Position numbers and translations under genes: made by a program. Under the pieces are notes generated by a model. It saw nothing but the letters and a program-made list of their open reading frames with translations, was not told the origin of the DNA and made no database searches. This document shows positions 24,564 through 37,100 of a stretch of 64,000 bases of DNA, in pieces. Numbering within the stretch: the stretch's first letter is position 1; each line of letters begins with the position of its first letter. The stretch is from Eledone cirrhosa (lineage: Eukaryota), in assembly GCA_964016885.1 (NCBI GenBank), contig OZ024747.1:23870001-23934000 (forward strand), written 5' to 3'.

Positions 24564-25095
24564 AATGTTGACAGGAATTGAATTAATTCCTAGAATCGGA
24601 GAGAAACCCACGTGTAATCCACTGACACCGTCATTGAAGATTACTTATTTTCACCACACTTTCGTATAAACCATTTAAAAAGTTTTAGTATTTAAACCTT
24701 TTTATTAATAATATATTCCTTTTTATGAATATTTTGTGCATATAAACGTAATTTATGCAATAAATATGATTTACAAAAAAATAAAGCACTAAAAAAATTG
24801 TCAGAAAGAAAGAAAAAAAAAAACGGAAGAAAACATTTACAGATAAAATAATTTATTAACAGGAATAAAAAATATAATAGAAAAATAGGTTTTAAAATTC
24901 TCTGTTTATAGAATATTGATATAGATGTTGAAAATCTTTTAAATATTTTAAATTACATATTTCGAAACTAACGTTTACATATTTTATTTATACACCTCAT
25001 GTCATTGTAAGAGTTCTTCCCCTTTGTCTGACACCGGTAACTATCTTCAATAATTTCTCTCCAATTCCTTCCGTCATTTCAGTAATTCCACTGAC
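24564..25095. promoter_or_regulatory. Probable bidirectional promoter for HEATR1 and MRPS18B, with a candidate non-coding HEATR1 first exon
   Basis: Divergent genes; minus-strand donor ATT|GTAAGT at 24563; CACGTG at 24609-24614; CGGAAG-type motifs near 24824 and 25068; TE-free AT-rich spacer. Confidence 0.6.
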
Positions 25096-25155
25096 ATGGC
25101 TGGAATATATACAGCCAGCAGGACTATTATAGGATCATTCTTACAGAACGCAAAG
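25096..25155 (+). CDS. MRPS18B: MRPS18B exon 1 (probable mitochondrial presequence)
   Basis: MAGIYTASRTIIGSFLQNAK, no acidic residues; AG|GTTAGT donor. Confidence 0.8.
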
Positions 25156-28100
25156 GTTAGTGTTTATGACATTAAAATTAAACTATGTTTAATGTTTCTC
25201 TCACTGTTTTTATATGCATGACCCTGAACGTGTTTGTTTTGACCCTGAAATATAGTGAACTGATTTATATGATTGATATAGAAATCCTTATATAGTGAAC
25301 TAAATGTTCTTAAATTATACACTGCAGATAGTTGCTTCACTTTACAAGGTATATTGATATATCTCGTATGGTGATATCATTGACAAAGGTTTAAGAAAAT
25401 GAAAACATCACCAGATTCATTGTGTATACACACGTTAGGATTAGACTAAGTGTTAAGGTTAAGAAGTGCATTCACCATCTGTATCAACTTTCATTCAAAT
25501 TTTAAAGACATCTTTTCAAAAAAATACCATCAGTGAAACGTTGGTTAAATTCTTATGTAATATGTATAAATGAATGGATGACTAAGGCGCCTATCAACAT
25601 TTTTTTTAATGGAGATATATGTACCGTCAAGTGCTCATATCACTCTACCAGTTAGGCACTAAAATCGATGGAAAATCCATTTTGGCATTCTATAAAGGAT
25701 TGGTGGCGGGGGAAAACGGCGATGCTCTCCGGAGAACTTTCAGCCCAGGGCCGAGTGGAGGAGAGTTATTGCTGGTTCGAGATAAGCTCTGTAGCTACGA
25801 AAGTGCCGTCAGCTGAGCCTATCCGAGATGCGAACATTAACGACTTGTAACAACTGTTGTCGCATGTAAGATGGATGCGGCTATCAGCTGAGTTCATCGG
25901 GATTCTAGCTCCGCTATTTTCCTTTTGTCAGGAAGGGTAGGCAATTTTCATTTACCTAGTGGCGATAGTGAAAAAGGTTGTGTGATCAATGCAGTTGAAA
26001 GTGTTGAGGACAGGCTCATTTAGCTTCGGTGAAGCCCTGATTAATTTGAAGAGGGAAATCAGGTGGATAGGAAAGTACTGCCTTTCGGTTAGTTTGTTGA
26101 AAGGTGGATGAGAAAGAGAGCATGTTCCGAGTGAATGGGCCAATTCTGAGTATATCTCTAGATTAGAAGACAACTGGCTCGGGACACTTGCCCTAGTGGT
26201 CAGGGTGACCCTGGCATTTTGTGGGCTTTCTCTACGAGTGATGCTAGGAAGTCTCCTCTCTATTAGGAAATTAAAAAAAAAATTTACATTTTATTATTTG
26301 TCATATTTTTAAATGAAAACTCACACTGTATCATCTTTAATACTTTCTTTATGTGAACCCTTTGTCGTTAAAAAAGAAATCATTATTATTATCAGTGATA
26401 TTGTTATTGTTTTGTACAGTTGTGGATAGGCAATTAAACAAATGCTCCCCAACATAGTTGTGGTAAATTCATTTTCCACATACCAATAACGAAGGATTAC
26501 CACAACTTTGTCCTACTGATGTAATGATAGATAAAATCAATGTAAAACAGTAAAACACATTTGAACATATGTAGGAGTTAGTATATCATGTTATGTGTGC
26601 TGTTTGTTCTTCTTCCAGTTGTACAGTGGCAGTAATAGGTTTGTCACCAGTTGCTGTCATCTACACCAAAAAGATACTCCCACTAAATCAGAACGACAGA
26701 AAGTAGTGACAGTCTCACCAGAAACCAGTATTCGTTATATAGAGAGTGATGGTAAATATACAAGATTATATATATAATCAATAAAAACACTCATCACTTT
26801 TTGTGTGTATATATATACACACATATATATATACACACACACACAACACTGATTATAAATATGCAGCACATATATATATATATCATCATCATCATCATCG
26901 TTTAACGTCCATCTTCCACGTTAGCATGGGTTTGGACGGGAATTTTCCCACTTGAGGCAAGATTGGTTGTCTTGCTCGTATAGGACTGTTTGGCGGGTTT
27001 CCTACAGCTGGATGCCATTCCTAACACCAACCACGTTTACAGTGTGGACTGGCAGGTTTTTACCGTGTTACCTACACGGCCACATTACAGCATGGACTGT
27101 GTTTTTTTGTCGTGACACCTGCACGACCTCATTTATTTCGGACTGGATGTTGTGGTACCAACATAACTTTACATCGGAAGGGGTGGTGTGGATGGGGTGG
27201 GGGTAGTGGGACGGCGGTGTATTTTTGTTAGAGGTGCCTACTGACTGTAGGTTTATATATATATATATATATATATAGTAATAATAATAAATTTAAAGAC
27301 TAAAATCCAAAGAGGGCTCGATAAGGATAAATATATATCAAATATATAAGAACCATAGAGCAAATATTTACTTCTGCGTTCACAGATTGATTTCTTTTAG
27401 TTTCAGAAGATCCCGTTAAGGGTGAAAGCAGCGATTCTTTGCTTAAACTTTAATCTGTTATTTTAATAAATATATATATATATATATAAGCAAAGAGTTA
27501 TTTTATTTGTTGGTTATTCAACAAATTTATTTATAACAGATTCGAAGCACTCTACAGAATTCTTCTGGAGTATATCAATATATATATATGGAGGATTTTC
27601 AACTTGTGTATGGTTATGGTTCTAACTCTATACCAAACTCGTCCTTTGGAACGAGTGCTTTATCAACTTCCAATCAGATATAACCTCTCGTTTTTTACCA
27701 CTATAGAAATATATATATATATGTACACACAAACAACACAGTGAAGGTGAATCATTATTATTTAATGTCTGTTCTCCCTACTAGCAAGGGCTGGATAGGT
27801 CGACACAGTCCAAGTTAGTTCTTAATTTGAGCTACTGATCTTGCAGATGTGTTTGTGGAGTTGCATCTCATTTAGATATGTTCATGCACACTACAAAATT
27901 CACTAGATATATTTTATCATGACACCAGCAATCAGAGGTTGTCATGTCCTTGGCACAACTAGTGTCCTCACTCTCTATTTTTATGGTTGGACGCCCTTCC
28001 TGTCATTAACCACATTACTGAGTGTACTGGATGTGTTTATCATATCACCAACACTAGACAAGTTGTCATGTTTTTGACAACTGGAGAATCCTCTTCACAC

Positions 28101-31100
28101 TTTTTTTAACGGTTCCTACAGCTAGGTGTCACATACACACACACACACATATATATACATAAACATACACACATATACATACCTACATACACTACAGAGT
28201 GGTGGTAGATTTGTACTTTACTTCACCTTTGTATCTTGTTGGGTATCACTCCCACCACTCTGAAGTGTGGTCTTCTCACACACCCAACATGTAGTCATCT
28301 ACATTCACAAACATAGACCATCACATATCTTACACACTACATACTGTCTGTGTTTCACTACCACACAGCATATAGTCCTCTACATTCACTATCTGTATCC
28401 CACTGCGAGTCACTGCAATTAGTAACGTTCCTCTTATTCTTTTGTAGCTTTCAAAGAGACATATGGTGACAAACGAGTGTGGGAGCTGTACCGTAGAAAT
28501 TTCAAGGGACAGTACCCTCCACCAACCAGGAAGAAATGCATTGTAAATATCTTTAACTTATTTGATTCCCAAAATTCATACCCATATTTTACAGACAATT
28601 TCCACTACTTGATTTTAATAAGTAAATGAAACAAAAATTGATCACCAATCATTTTATGCCCACTTTCCATATGGGTGTAAGTTGAATAGGTTGTCATGGT
28701 CTGTGACTATATGGGTCAGAGAGACCTCATATGATCCATGTTTCTTCTGGTTTCTTTGGCTGAATGCCTTTACTAACACAAACCACTTTACAGAGTGTAC
28801 TGGGTGCATTTTGTCATGGCACCAGTACTTGTACTTTAAAGAGAATACTGGGTATATTGTATTGTGATACCAACACTTACCAATTGACAAACTGTACTGG
28901 GTGCATTTTATCATGACACCAGTACTAGTACTTTATAGAGTATACTGGGTGTATTGTATTGTGATACCAGTACTACCACTTTACAGCATAAGAGGGGATT
29001 GTTATTTGCTCTGCATGACTGAAGAGTCATATCTATCCTATATTGACTCTGATCACCAACCACTTTACAAAGTTTACTGGGTGCATTTTAAATAAATTTT
29101 TATTAAAACCTATCTTATCATCCGGAACCCCAACATTATTTTTACAGAACCCTTTTTGGGAAACACTAATATAGAGGAATGTCTGACTTAAATATCTCTT
29201 TCAACTTAGCATATCTCTGTTATAGTTTGCCTGATGGTGCATTAGTGGGTATATTTTGCCTAGTGGTGCAGTTGTTGGAAGGGTAAATATATTTCTGGAA
29301 CCTATAGGCTCATTAGGCCAGAGCTTATCAAAGTCTCATGTAACATTAAGTGACAGAGAACATGACAATCCTTTGGGATGTCAGTCTGTCACAAGGTTAA
29401 CCTCCAATTGCTATTGGTGCAGTCCACTTAGCTGAAAACAGTTAAGTGGACTGGAAATAAGTACCATGTTCAAGGATACATATTAGTGCTTCCACTAGTC
29501 TGCACATAAAGGGCTCAAGGGTTAGATGGATCACAAACCACACCAGTTCATTTAACATATCTTTAAGCACGGTATGGACTAGTCAAGTCTTTTAGCATAT
29601 CATAGATGTAGTATGGACTGGTCATGTCTAGTATAAATTAGTCATGTCCGTTCAACATAGACTAGTCACATTTTTTAACTGTATCATCATACGTCTGTTT
29701 TCGCTATCCTTTGGAATGTTTTTTTTTATTGTTATATTTGTGTTGTTCTATTTAGTAATGTAATGTATAGAGTATTACTATAACAGTTAGTTTATTATGA
29801 GTTGCTTGGTTATAACCTCAATTGAATCCAAAGTTGTTTTGTTATTTCAGAGAGATGGATTCATATCTACAGGGAACCCATGTCCAATATGTCGGGATGA
29901 ATTCCTTGTCTTACATCACACGGTAACTAGTTTTCGTCTTTAGCATCAAAACACCCATGTATATATATATTAAAGTTTAATAAGTAGAGAGATGTAATTT
30001 ATTATGACATGACAAGATGTAGAGCAAAAATATCCAAGGTAAGTTCCAATAATTGCACTTACACAAGCATGAAAATTGAATAATGAACTGAGGGTATATG
30101 TGGAATTAAGGCATTTTATGCATGTTTCACTGATAGCATCAAAGCTAAAGTTCTTCAGAAATGAGAATTTGCAAGACATCGACAAAACCAGTGGGGACAG
30201 AAAGATCTCCACCGGTTTTTCTCATGGCACCAGCCTGGTCATTTGGTGTCATTTCAAACACACTTTTCTTTGACAACTTCCTGATGAAGAACACCTCATA
30301 TCTCTGATCCTCACATTATATGACATTAGCAAACCTCCTGCTTTCAACTTTGCATATAACTGTCATCTAGCTTCTCTTTTAGCTACCAAATTCTGATCTT
30401 TACTGTCCCCATTATTGCAGTCTTTCCACACCTATTTCTTGGCTTTAATAGCTATCCACAGTGCTGTCCAACCCTGTCTGGCTGATGCATAGTACCAGCC
30501 ACAAGTCTTGTCAATAGCCTGTAGTATATTCTCATTGAAACTTACAATTATCTTCTATGCCACATGTATCTAATTTCTCTTCCCTTATATCCTTAGGGCT
30601 TTTCTGAAGCTATATATATATATATTTACACTTCACAATTCTTTCTATATCTACATACTTTACAAAATACCCTCCACATCACAACTGTCTTCTATAGTGT
30701 CACACTGTACAACAAGCTCTACCCATTTCCACCAATCAATGCTTGATGTTGATTCCTTGTATTGTTTCTATTTTAAAGAATGTGAAACTTCTGCAACAAT
30801 TTATCTGCCCGTACAGTGGAGAAATTCTTCCCTCAATAAAAACTGGCATCTGCCAATATTCCTTCATTGGTCTCAAAATACAGGTAGCCAAGGCTGTTGA
30901 CTTAGGTAAGTTCTTACATCTTTTCTCAAGAATTACATCTACTTTTATTGCTGGTCAATTTGGCAGAGGTGTTAGGATGCAGAGGCCCAAAACATAAAAA
31001 ATGCTCTGAAATGTATCTGCCCATTATTGGCGAACCTTCCACCGGTCACATCCTGCTGGATTGAGAGGGTATCTTTCTGTTTGCGACTGCATGGGCATCT

Positions 31101-31670
31101 AAAATCCATTGTGAAAGCATGGTACATATCAAGTCTTATGCATTTGCGAGCTTTTTGTAAATCTATTAACAGGCATTAGAGCATCTGATTTAATGGTGTG
31201 GTTTTTGTTCTGGCTCTTTTTGCTCCAAGTTCAAATCACTTTTGAGCCCACTTTGCCTTTCACCGATCCATAAATGAAGTGCCAGTCCAGGAGATTGGCA
31301 GAATTGTTAAAGAATCAGATGGGATGCTTTGCTTTGCAACATTGTGTATTCTGAGTTCAAATCCCACCTCCATCAGTCAGGATCTACTAATAGTATATTT
31401 CTTTAGAAAAGTTGGCAATGATTTTTAACAATCCCAAATCCCGCCGAGGTTTACTTTGCCTTTCATCCTTACGGGGTCGATAAAATAAAGTACCAGTAAT
31501 GCACTGGGTAATTGCTGGCTTAGTGCCTAAAGTAGAAACAATTATATATTGACAATAGTAATCCTGATCAAATTGTTAGTTGGCCATTACTTCTACTTTC
31601 TCTGTTTGCAGGTTTAATAGAAACGATGGTACCATTTCGAAAGTACAACTACCAAGACTACATTGATTAA
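25096..31670 (+). CDS. MRPS18B: Mitochondrial small ribosomal subunit protein mS40 (S18b); 6 exons, 181 aa
   Basis: Spliced product has YGDKRVWELYRRNFKGQ, TRKKCIR, GNPCPICRD, NVKLLQQFICPYSG and TGIC. Exons total 546 nt from ATG to TAA. Confidence 0.95.
26619..26751 (+). CDS. MRPS18B: MRPS18B exon 2
   Basis: LYSGSNRF...VSPETSIRYIESD; pyrimidine tract plus CAG, GT donor. Confidence 0.9.
26883..27252 (-). mobile_element. RTE 3' UTR-only insertion (similar tails at about 13935-14138, 18391-18600, 46728-46823)
   Basis: Matches the reverse complement of 51240-51622. Confidence 0.88.
28448..28542 (+). CDS. MRPS18B: MRPS18B exon 3
   Basis: AFKETYGDKRVWELYRRNFKGQYPPPTRKKCI. Confidence 0.95.
29851..29922 (+). 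CDS. MRPS18B: MRPS18B exon 4
   Basis: RDGFISTGNPCPICRDEFLVLHHT. Confidence 0.95.
30779..30905 (+). CDS. MRPS18B: MRPS18B exon 5
   Basis: NVKLLQQFICPYSGEILPSIKTGICQ...AKAVDL; GTAAGT donor. Confidence 0.95.
31612..31670 (+). CDS. MRPS18B: MRPS18B exon 6 (terminal)
   Basis: GLIETMVPFRKYNYQDYID then TAA. Confidence 0.9.
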
Positions 31671-31724
31671 AATATCTCACCATTGGACATTATGCTTTTC
31701 TTCCTTCCTTTCAAATGTTTCTAA

Positions 31725-31730
31725 AATAAA
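31725..31730 (+). terminator. Polyadenylation signal, MRPS18B
   Basis: AATAAA about 55 nt after the stop codon. Confidence 0.55.
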
Positions 31731-31763
31731 AAAAAAAACACAGATTTTTGTCTTCACTAATAA

Positions 31764-31769
31764 TTTATT
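31764..31769 (-). terminator. Polyadenylation signal, TSC1
   Basis: Minus-strand AATAAA about 54 nt after the stop codon. Confidence 0.55.
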
Positions 31770-31822
31770 ATATTGATAGAATATTGTTTTTTCCCCCTTA
31801 AACCCACCCACCCCACTACTAA

Positions 31823-31983
31823 TCATACTATTGAAATACCAGGAGTTGTAGGGTTACGTAACATAGAACTGTCTAGTTGCATCTCTGCAGTCTCTAATGG
31901 CTGGATATTATTGGTCAAGCTGTTCACACCAACTATCTCGCTTGATAATGCTGTTTCCTTTATCATTGATTCTGGCAAATAGT
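31823..31983 (-). CDS. TSC1: TSC1 terminal coding exon 21
   Basis: DYLPESMIKE...PGISIV then TGA; phase-1 acceptor fits. Confidence 0.8.
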
Positions 31984-34094
31984 CTGTAAATAGAAGAAAA
32001 AGTCTTGCTTTAAAATACATATTTACTACACTCGCACACAGAGTACACATTTCTATATATGCAGTACTCTCCTAGTAATACATGAAATTTTATACTGACA
32101 AATGCTTGTGTAACATCAGTGCCACTTTCTAAATGTTTGGAAACTTTCAGGTTAAGAGTATTTACATAACCATGTAAATTCACAAACAGACACTGGATGT
32201 CTATGGACCTTTCTGAGTTCATCTACCCTTTACTTTTGGTTTTTCTTCTAAGCAGGGTTGTTCAAAAATCACCTTTTTGTACCAAGCTGGTTTAGTGGGG
32301 TTGTAGGTTCAGTTGCTGAATAAATATATGTTCCACGGTTGTTGTTACTATCTAGACTAAATAACAGTAATGTATAATTATATGTAACGTCAGATTCAGG
32401 AAATGGCTAATGAACAACAAATCCCACTTTTCGTCATATTCATTGACTCTACAAAGGCGTTCAACAGTGTAGGAAGAGAGGGATTATGAACGCTGCTCAT
32501 AAGTGGTTGACTGGGAAATTTGTGAAGTTGGTCAGGTAGTTCCACAATGGTATGTCTGCTATGGTTGCCCATGGGGTAAAAGCAAGGCTGTGTACTCATT
32601 CCAATGCTGTTTGTATTATTCCTGGTTACTGTGCTTAAAAATATGGTGAGTGAGCTCACAGGTGGAGTATACCCACACAAGAGTAGGCAGTGGACTGTTA
32701 AACTTATCAGGCTAAGATCCTCTGGGAAGTGTTGTGATATGTGTATCTGTGGGCCACCCTCTAGAGCATATCCAGGGAATTACACATTTTGAATGTACTA
32801 TGTCAGCTTTTGGTCTCTCAATTAATGTAAAAAAAAAAAAAAACTGAAGTCTTGTACCAACTGGAACCTGGAATGCCAGAACATGAACCTTCGACCATAC
32901 TAATTGCAAATTAGCCTCTGAATGTAGTGAAGAAATTCGCCGAATTATGCAGTACAATTTCTGATGACAACTACTGCAATCACTTTTGGAAAGCTCAACA
33001 ACCATCTGTGGAAACAATGTGGCCTAAAACTGTCAACAAAATGCAAAGAGTACTGAGCAATAGCGCTGTACTCTGCAAATACTTAGGCACTTTATCATTG
33101 ACACATTAAAAAGCTTATGAGCTGCCAATTGTGCCATCTATAATCCATAATATTTCCCATTGAGACAAATATGACTCATGTTGAGTTCATCCTGCTGGAA
33201 TCACAGCTACACTGGGTTGGGCATGTAATTTGTATGGAAGACACTAGGATCCCCAAGATTGTGCTCTATAGTGAACTGAAATGTAGAAGGTGTTGAAGAG
33301 AATGTCCCAAACTCTGTTATAGGTGTGTCATCAAATGACCTGATTACGACTACATGAAGACAGCTGTAATGGAGGAGAGGTGTAAAGTAAGGAGTAAAAG
33401 TTGCAGAATCATACAAGAAAGAAAGAGCCTGAACAAGATCTACCACACTGGCATTGCCAACTGTATTCTGCAATATCTACAAATGTTGTTTTGGTTTACA
33501 GTCCCCTGAAAGAGCAAAGCATCATTGATGGAGTTACATCATTGTTTAACTATAATAATTGGGGGAAAAAATACCTAACACCAAGTTATACTCAATTAGG
33601 AGTGACTGCTGAGAGAGATAACAGCAGGTGTGGACAACATTTAAAACATGACAAGAGAATCAAACTTTACCATTTTTCTGTGGAGCTTCCTTCTTTAGAA
33701 CCATAATTTCTCCTCTCAGTTTTAAAATATGAGATTGTAAATTCTGGTTTACTTTCATAACACTGTCAAATTTGGCTTCACTCACCTGTAAACAATAAAA
33801 GGAAGAAAATCACTTGATGTCCAGTCCATATATATATATATAATCAGAAATATGGAGGAGAAAGCAAGACTTTAAAAACAAAATGTTATTCTTACAGTGT
33901 TTTGTCTTCAAATACATTTACAATACAGTAGGTAGACATACATGTATACATTCCACAGTAGAGATGCACTTATAAGATTCATCAGAGAAAAATGTTGTCC
34001 TTAAAGATGTCACTGAAGGGATAGTCTAAAGACATCTAATATATTATATCATAGATCTTTCTCCTCTATTCTTATGATATATGTCTCTTATTTT

Positions 34095-34131
<37 letters not shown>

Positions 34132-37100
34132 CAGTATCAAGTTGATAGACCAGGTCATGAAAATTGCTGTTTGGTTTTTATGCCAGGTAGGGGTACATCT
34201 GATGTCCTCTTTCTGACGAGACAACTGCAGAAGTACTTAGCTATGAGTAACCCACTGTACTTCGCATTTGAGGATCTAGAGAAAGCCTCCAACAAGGTCC
34301 CACAGGCATGGGACATACACACAAACTTTCACACACACACACACATATATATATGAAGAGGTGAGTAAAATATTATTACAAGAAATTCTTCAGTGAACTT
34401 ACTCTAATTTGTTCTCCAAATTTATTTCTGACACCATCTAAACATTTTTTCAGCTCTTCAACTGTGATGTCCTACAATATTGATACAAGATATGACTTTA
34501 GTATTGTTGTCATAATGTTGGCATAGATATTTCTATTGATATCATATTGGTATAAGTAATGTCATAGTCATAGTTAATGTCATAGTGTTATAATTAGTGT
34601 CATAGTGACAATGTTATAGCTAGTGTCATAGTGACATAATGTTATAGCTAGTGTCATAGTGACATAGGTAATGTCAGTGTTATAGCTGGTGTGATAGTGA
34701 TATAAGTAATGTCATAGCGTTATAGATAATGTCAGTGTTATAGCTAGTGGCATAGTGTTATAGATAATGTCATAGTGTTATAGGTAAAGTCATAGTGTTA
34801 TAGCTAGTGACGTAGTTAATATTATAGTAGCATACATAATTAATGTCACAGTGATATAGTTAATGTCACAATAATATAGTTAGTGTCATAGTATTACAAG
34901 TAATATGAGAAGAAATAAAATGAAGTCAGTAAAGGTAATATCATAACAGAAGTATTTGATAGCAGTACAGGAAATAATAGAACAATTATCATGTTAGTCC
35001 AGGTAATAAAGACAGAAAGATAATCAATAAACAAATTAAGAAATACTTTAGATTTATTGTTTTCATCAAGTTCTTGCCATCTGGACTTCCAGTTCTCAGC
35101 CACAACTTCTCTTTGTTGTAAACATTTCTTTAATTCTACAAATGTACGGAAACCACAAATAAAACATAGTTTACAGGTATAACAACAGTCTACATGTTAT
35201 ACATGGTATATCTACAGTTTACAGGTATAACAACAGTCTACATGTTATACATGGTATATCTACAGTTTACAGGTATAACAACAGTCTACATGTTATACAT
35301 GGTATATCTACAGTTTACAGGTATAACAACAGTCTACATGTTATACATGGTATATCTACAGTTTACAGGTATAACAACAGTCTACATGTTATACATGGTA
35401 TATCTACAGTTTACAGGTATAACAGTCTACATGTTATACATGGTATATCTACAGTTTACAGGTATAACAGTCTACATGTTATACATGGTATATCTACAGT
35501 TTACAGGTATAACAGTCTACATGTTATACATGGTATATCTACAGTTTACAGGTATAACAACAGTCTACATGTTATACATGGTATATCTACAGTTTACAGG
35601 CATAACTCACAGTCACCTGCCAATTGCAATCTTTGCTGTGCTATGATGTGAGTTAACTTTGGTAGACAATTATTAAGTTCTAAATATTGATGATGTCGTA
35701 ATATATGGAAGTACACTCCAGTTAGCTGACTTTTCGAACACCTATGTGATTGTCTAAGTGTATAATAAGACAGATTCAACTGACATAATGTCCTAGATCT
35801 AACATTGCTAGTTTAAAGACATAACAATGTTACACATGTAACATAACTATTGTTTACATACATGAATCATGTGATCCTCTTATTTTATTGTAACTTTAGT
35901 TTTCTACCATATCACTTGTGATGGTGGGTAGGTAGAGGTTACTGGGAAATGTTAGACAGGAGTTAGTGAAGAAGGCTAGGAGGGGTCAGTTAAGACAAAT
36001 CTACTTTGTCTACCTTGTGTTTCCTCTTCCAATGTATTCACATAATGCTGTCTCTTCTCTTTCTCATTACATTGGTAATAAACACCGTCCAGCTTCTCCT
36101 GGTACCGTTGTTGGAGTTCTCCCATCAGTAATAACTCCTTCTGTAGCAAGAACATCTGTTAAATAGACACATCTGTAGTTAAGAACAACTGTTAAAAAGA
36201 CACACAGACAAACACTAGATTAGTAGGAATATCTCTTTAAAAAATACAGATACCACAGTAATAATCTCTGTAGCAAGAACATCTGGTAAATAGACATCTG
36301 TAGCAAGAACATCTGGTAAATAGACATCTGTAGTAAGAACAGCTGTTAAAAAGACACACAGACAAACACTACATTAGTAGGAACATCTGTTAAAAAGATA
36401 GACAGATACCACAGTAATAATCTCTGTAGCAAGAACATTTGGTAAATAGACACATCTGTAGTAAGAACAACTGTTAAAAAGACACACAGACAAACACTAC
36501 GTTAGTGGAACATCTGTTAAAAAGCTGGCTGTGGACAAGTGTACCACCATGCATTTTGGAAGGAAAAATCCAGCGTCCACATACTCCCTCCACAACACTG
36601 ATATCAAAAAGTCCTCTTGTGAATGTGACCTGGGCATTACTGTCAGCAACGATTTGCGTTGGACAAAGCATGTCTCTAAGATTGTCAAGAAGGCCGAGGG
36701 TGTCTTGGCATCACTCAGCAAGACCTTTGTTAGCCGCTCTCCAGCCATCTATTTAAAACTGTATACAGCTATGGTACGACCACACTTGGAATTCGCATCA
36801 TCAGTCTGGAACCCTTATCTTGCTCAGAACATTGACCTCCTGGAAACTGTTCAGAGACGTGCAACCAAGCGCATACCCTCCATCAGACACCTACCATACT
36901 CTGAACGCCTTACTTCCCTGGGCATGGATTCATTGAAGCTCTGACGTCTGCCAATGGACTTGGTGAATACCCACAAAGTTTTTAACCATCTCGCCAATTG
37001 CAACCCTGAGCGCCTCTTTGATCTGCATGTGTCTAACACACGTGGACATGCCTACAAGATCAGAAAACAGCACAGCTCCCATGACTTTCGTAGACATTTT

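Noticed and set aside
27404-27445. Additional hammerhead (CAGAAGA TCCC..GGGT GAAA), also near 6070
   Set aside because: Core is mutated or truncated and stems I/III are not convincing.
35194-35646. 150-aa repetitive ORF and repeated TTTACAG|GTATAA motifs
   Set aside because: Minisatellite translation. The AG|GT motifs are on the strand opposite TSC1, so they are not splice sites for it.
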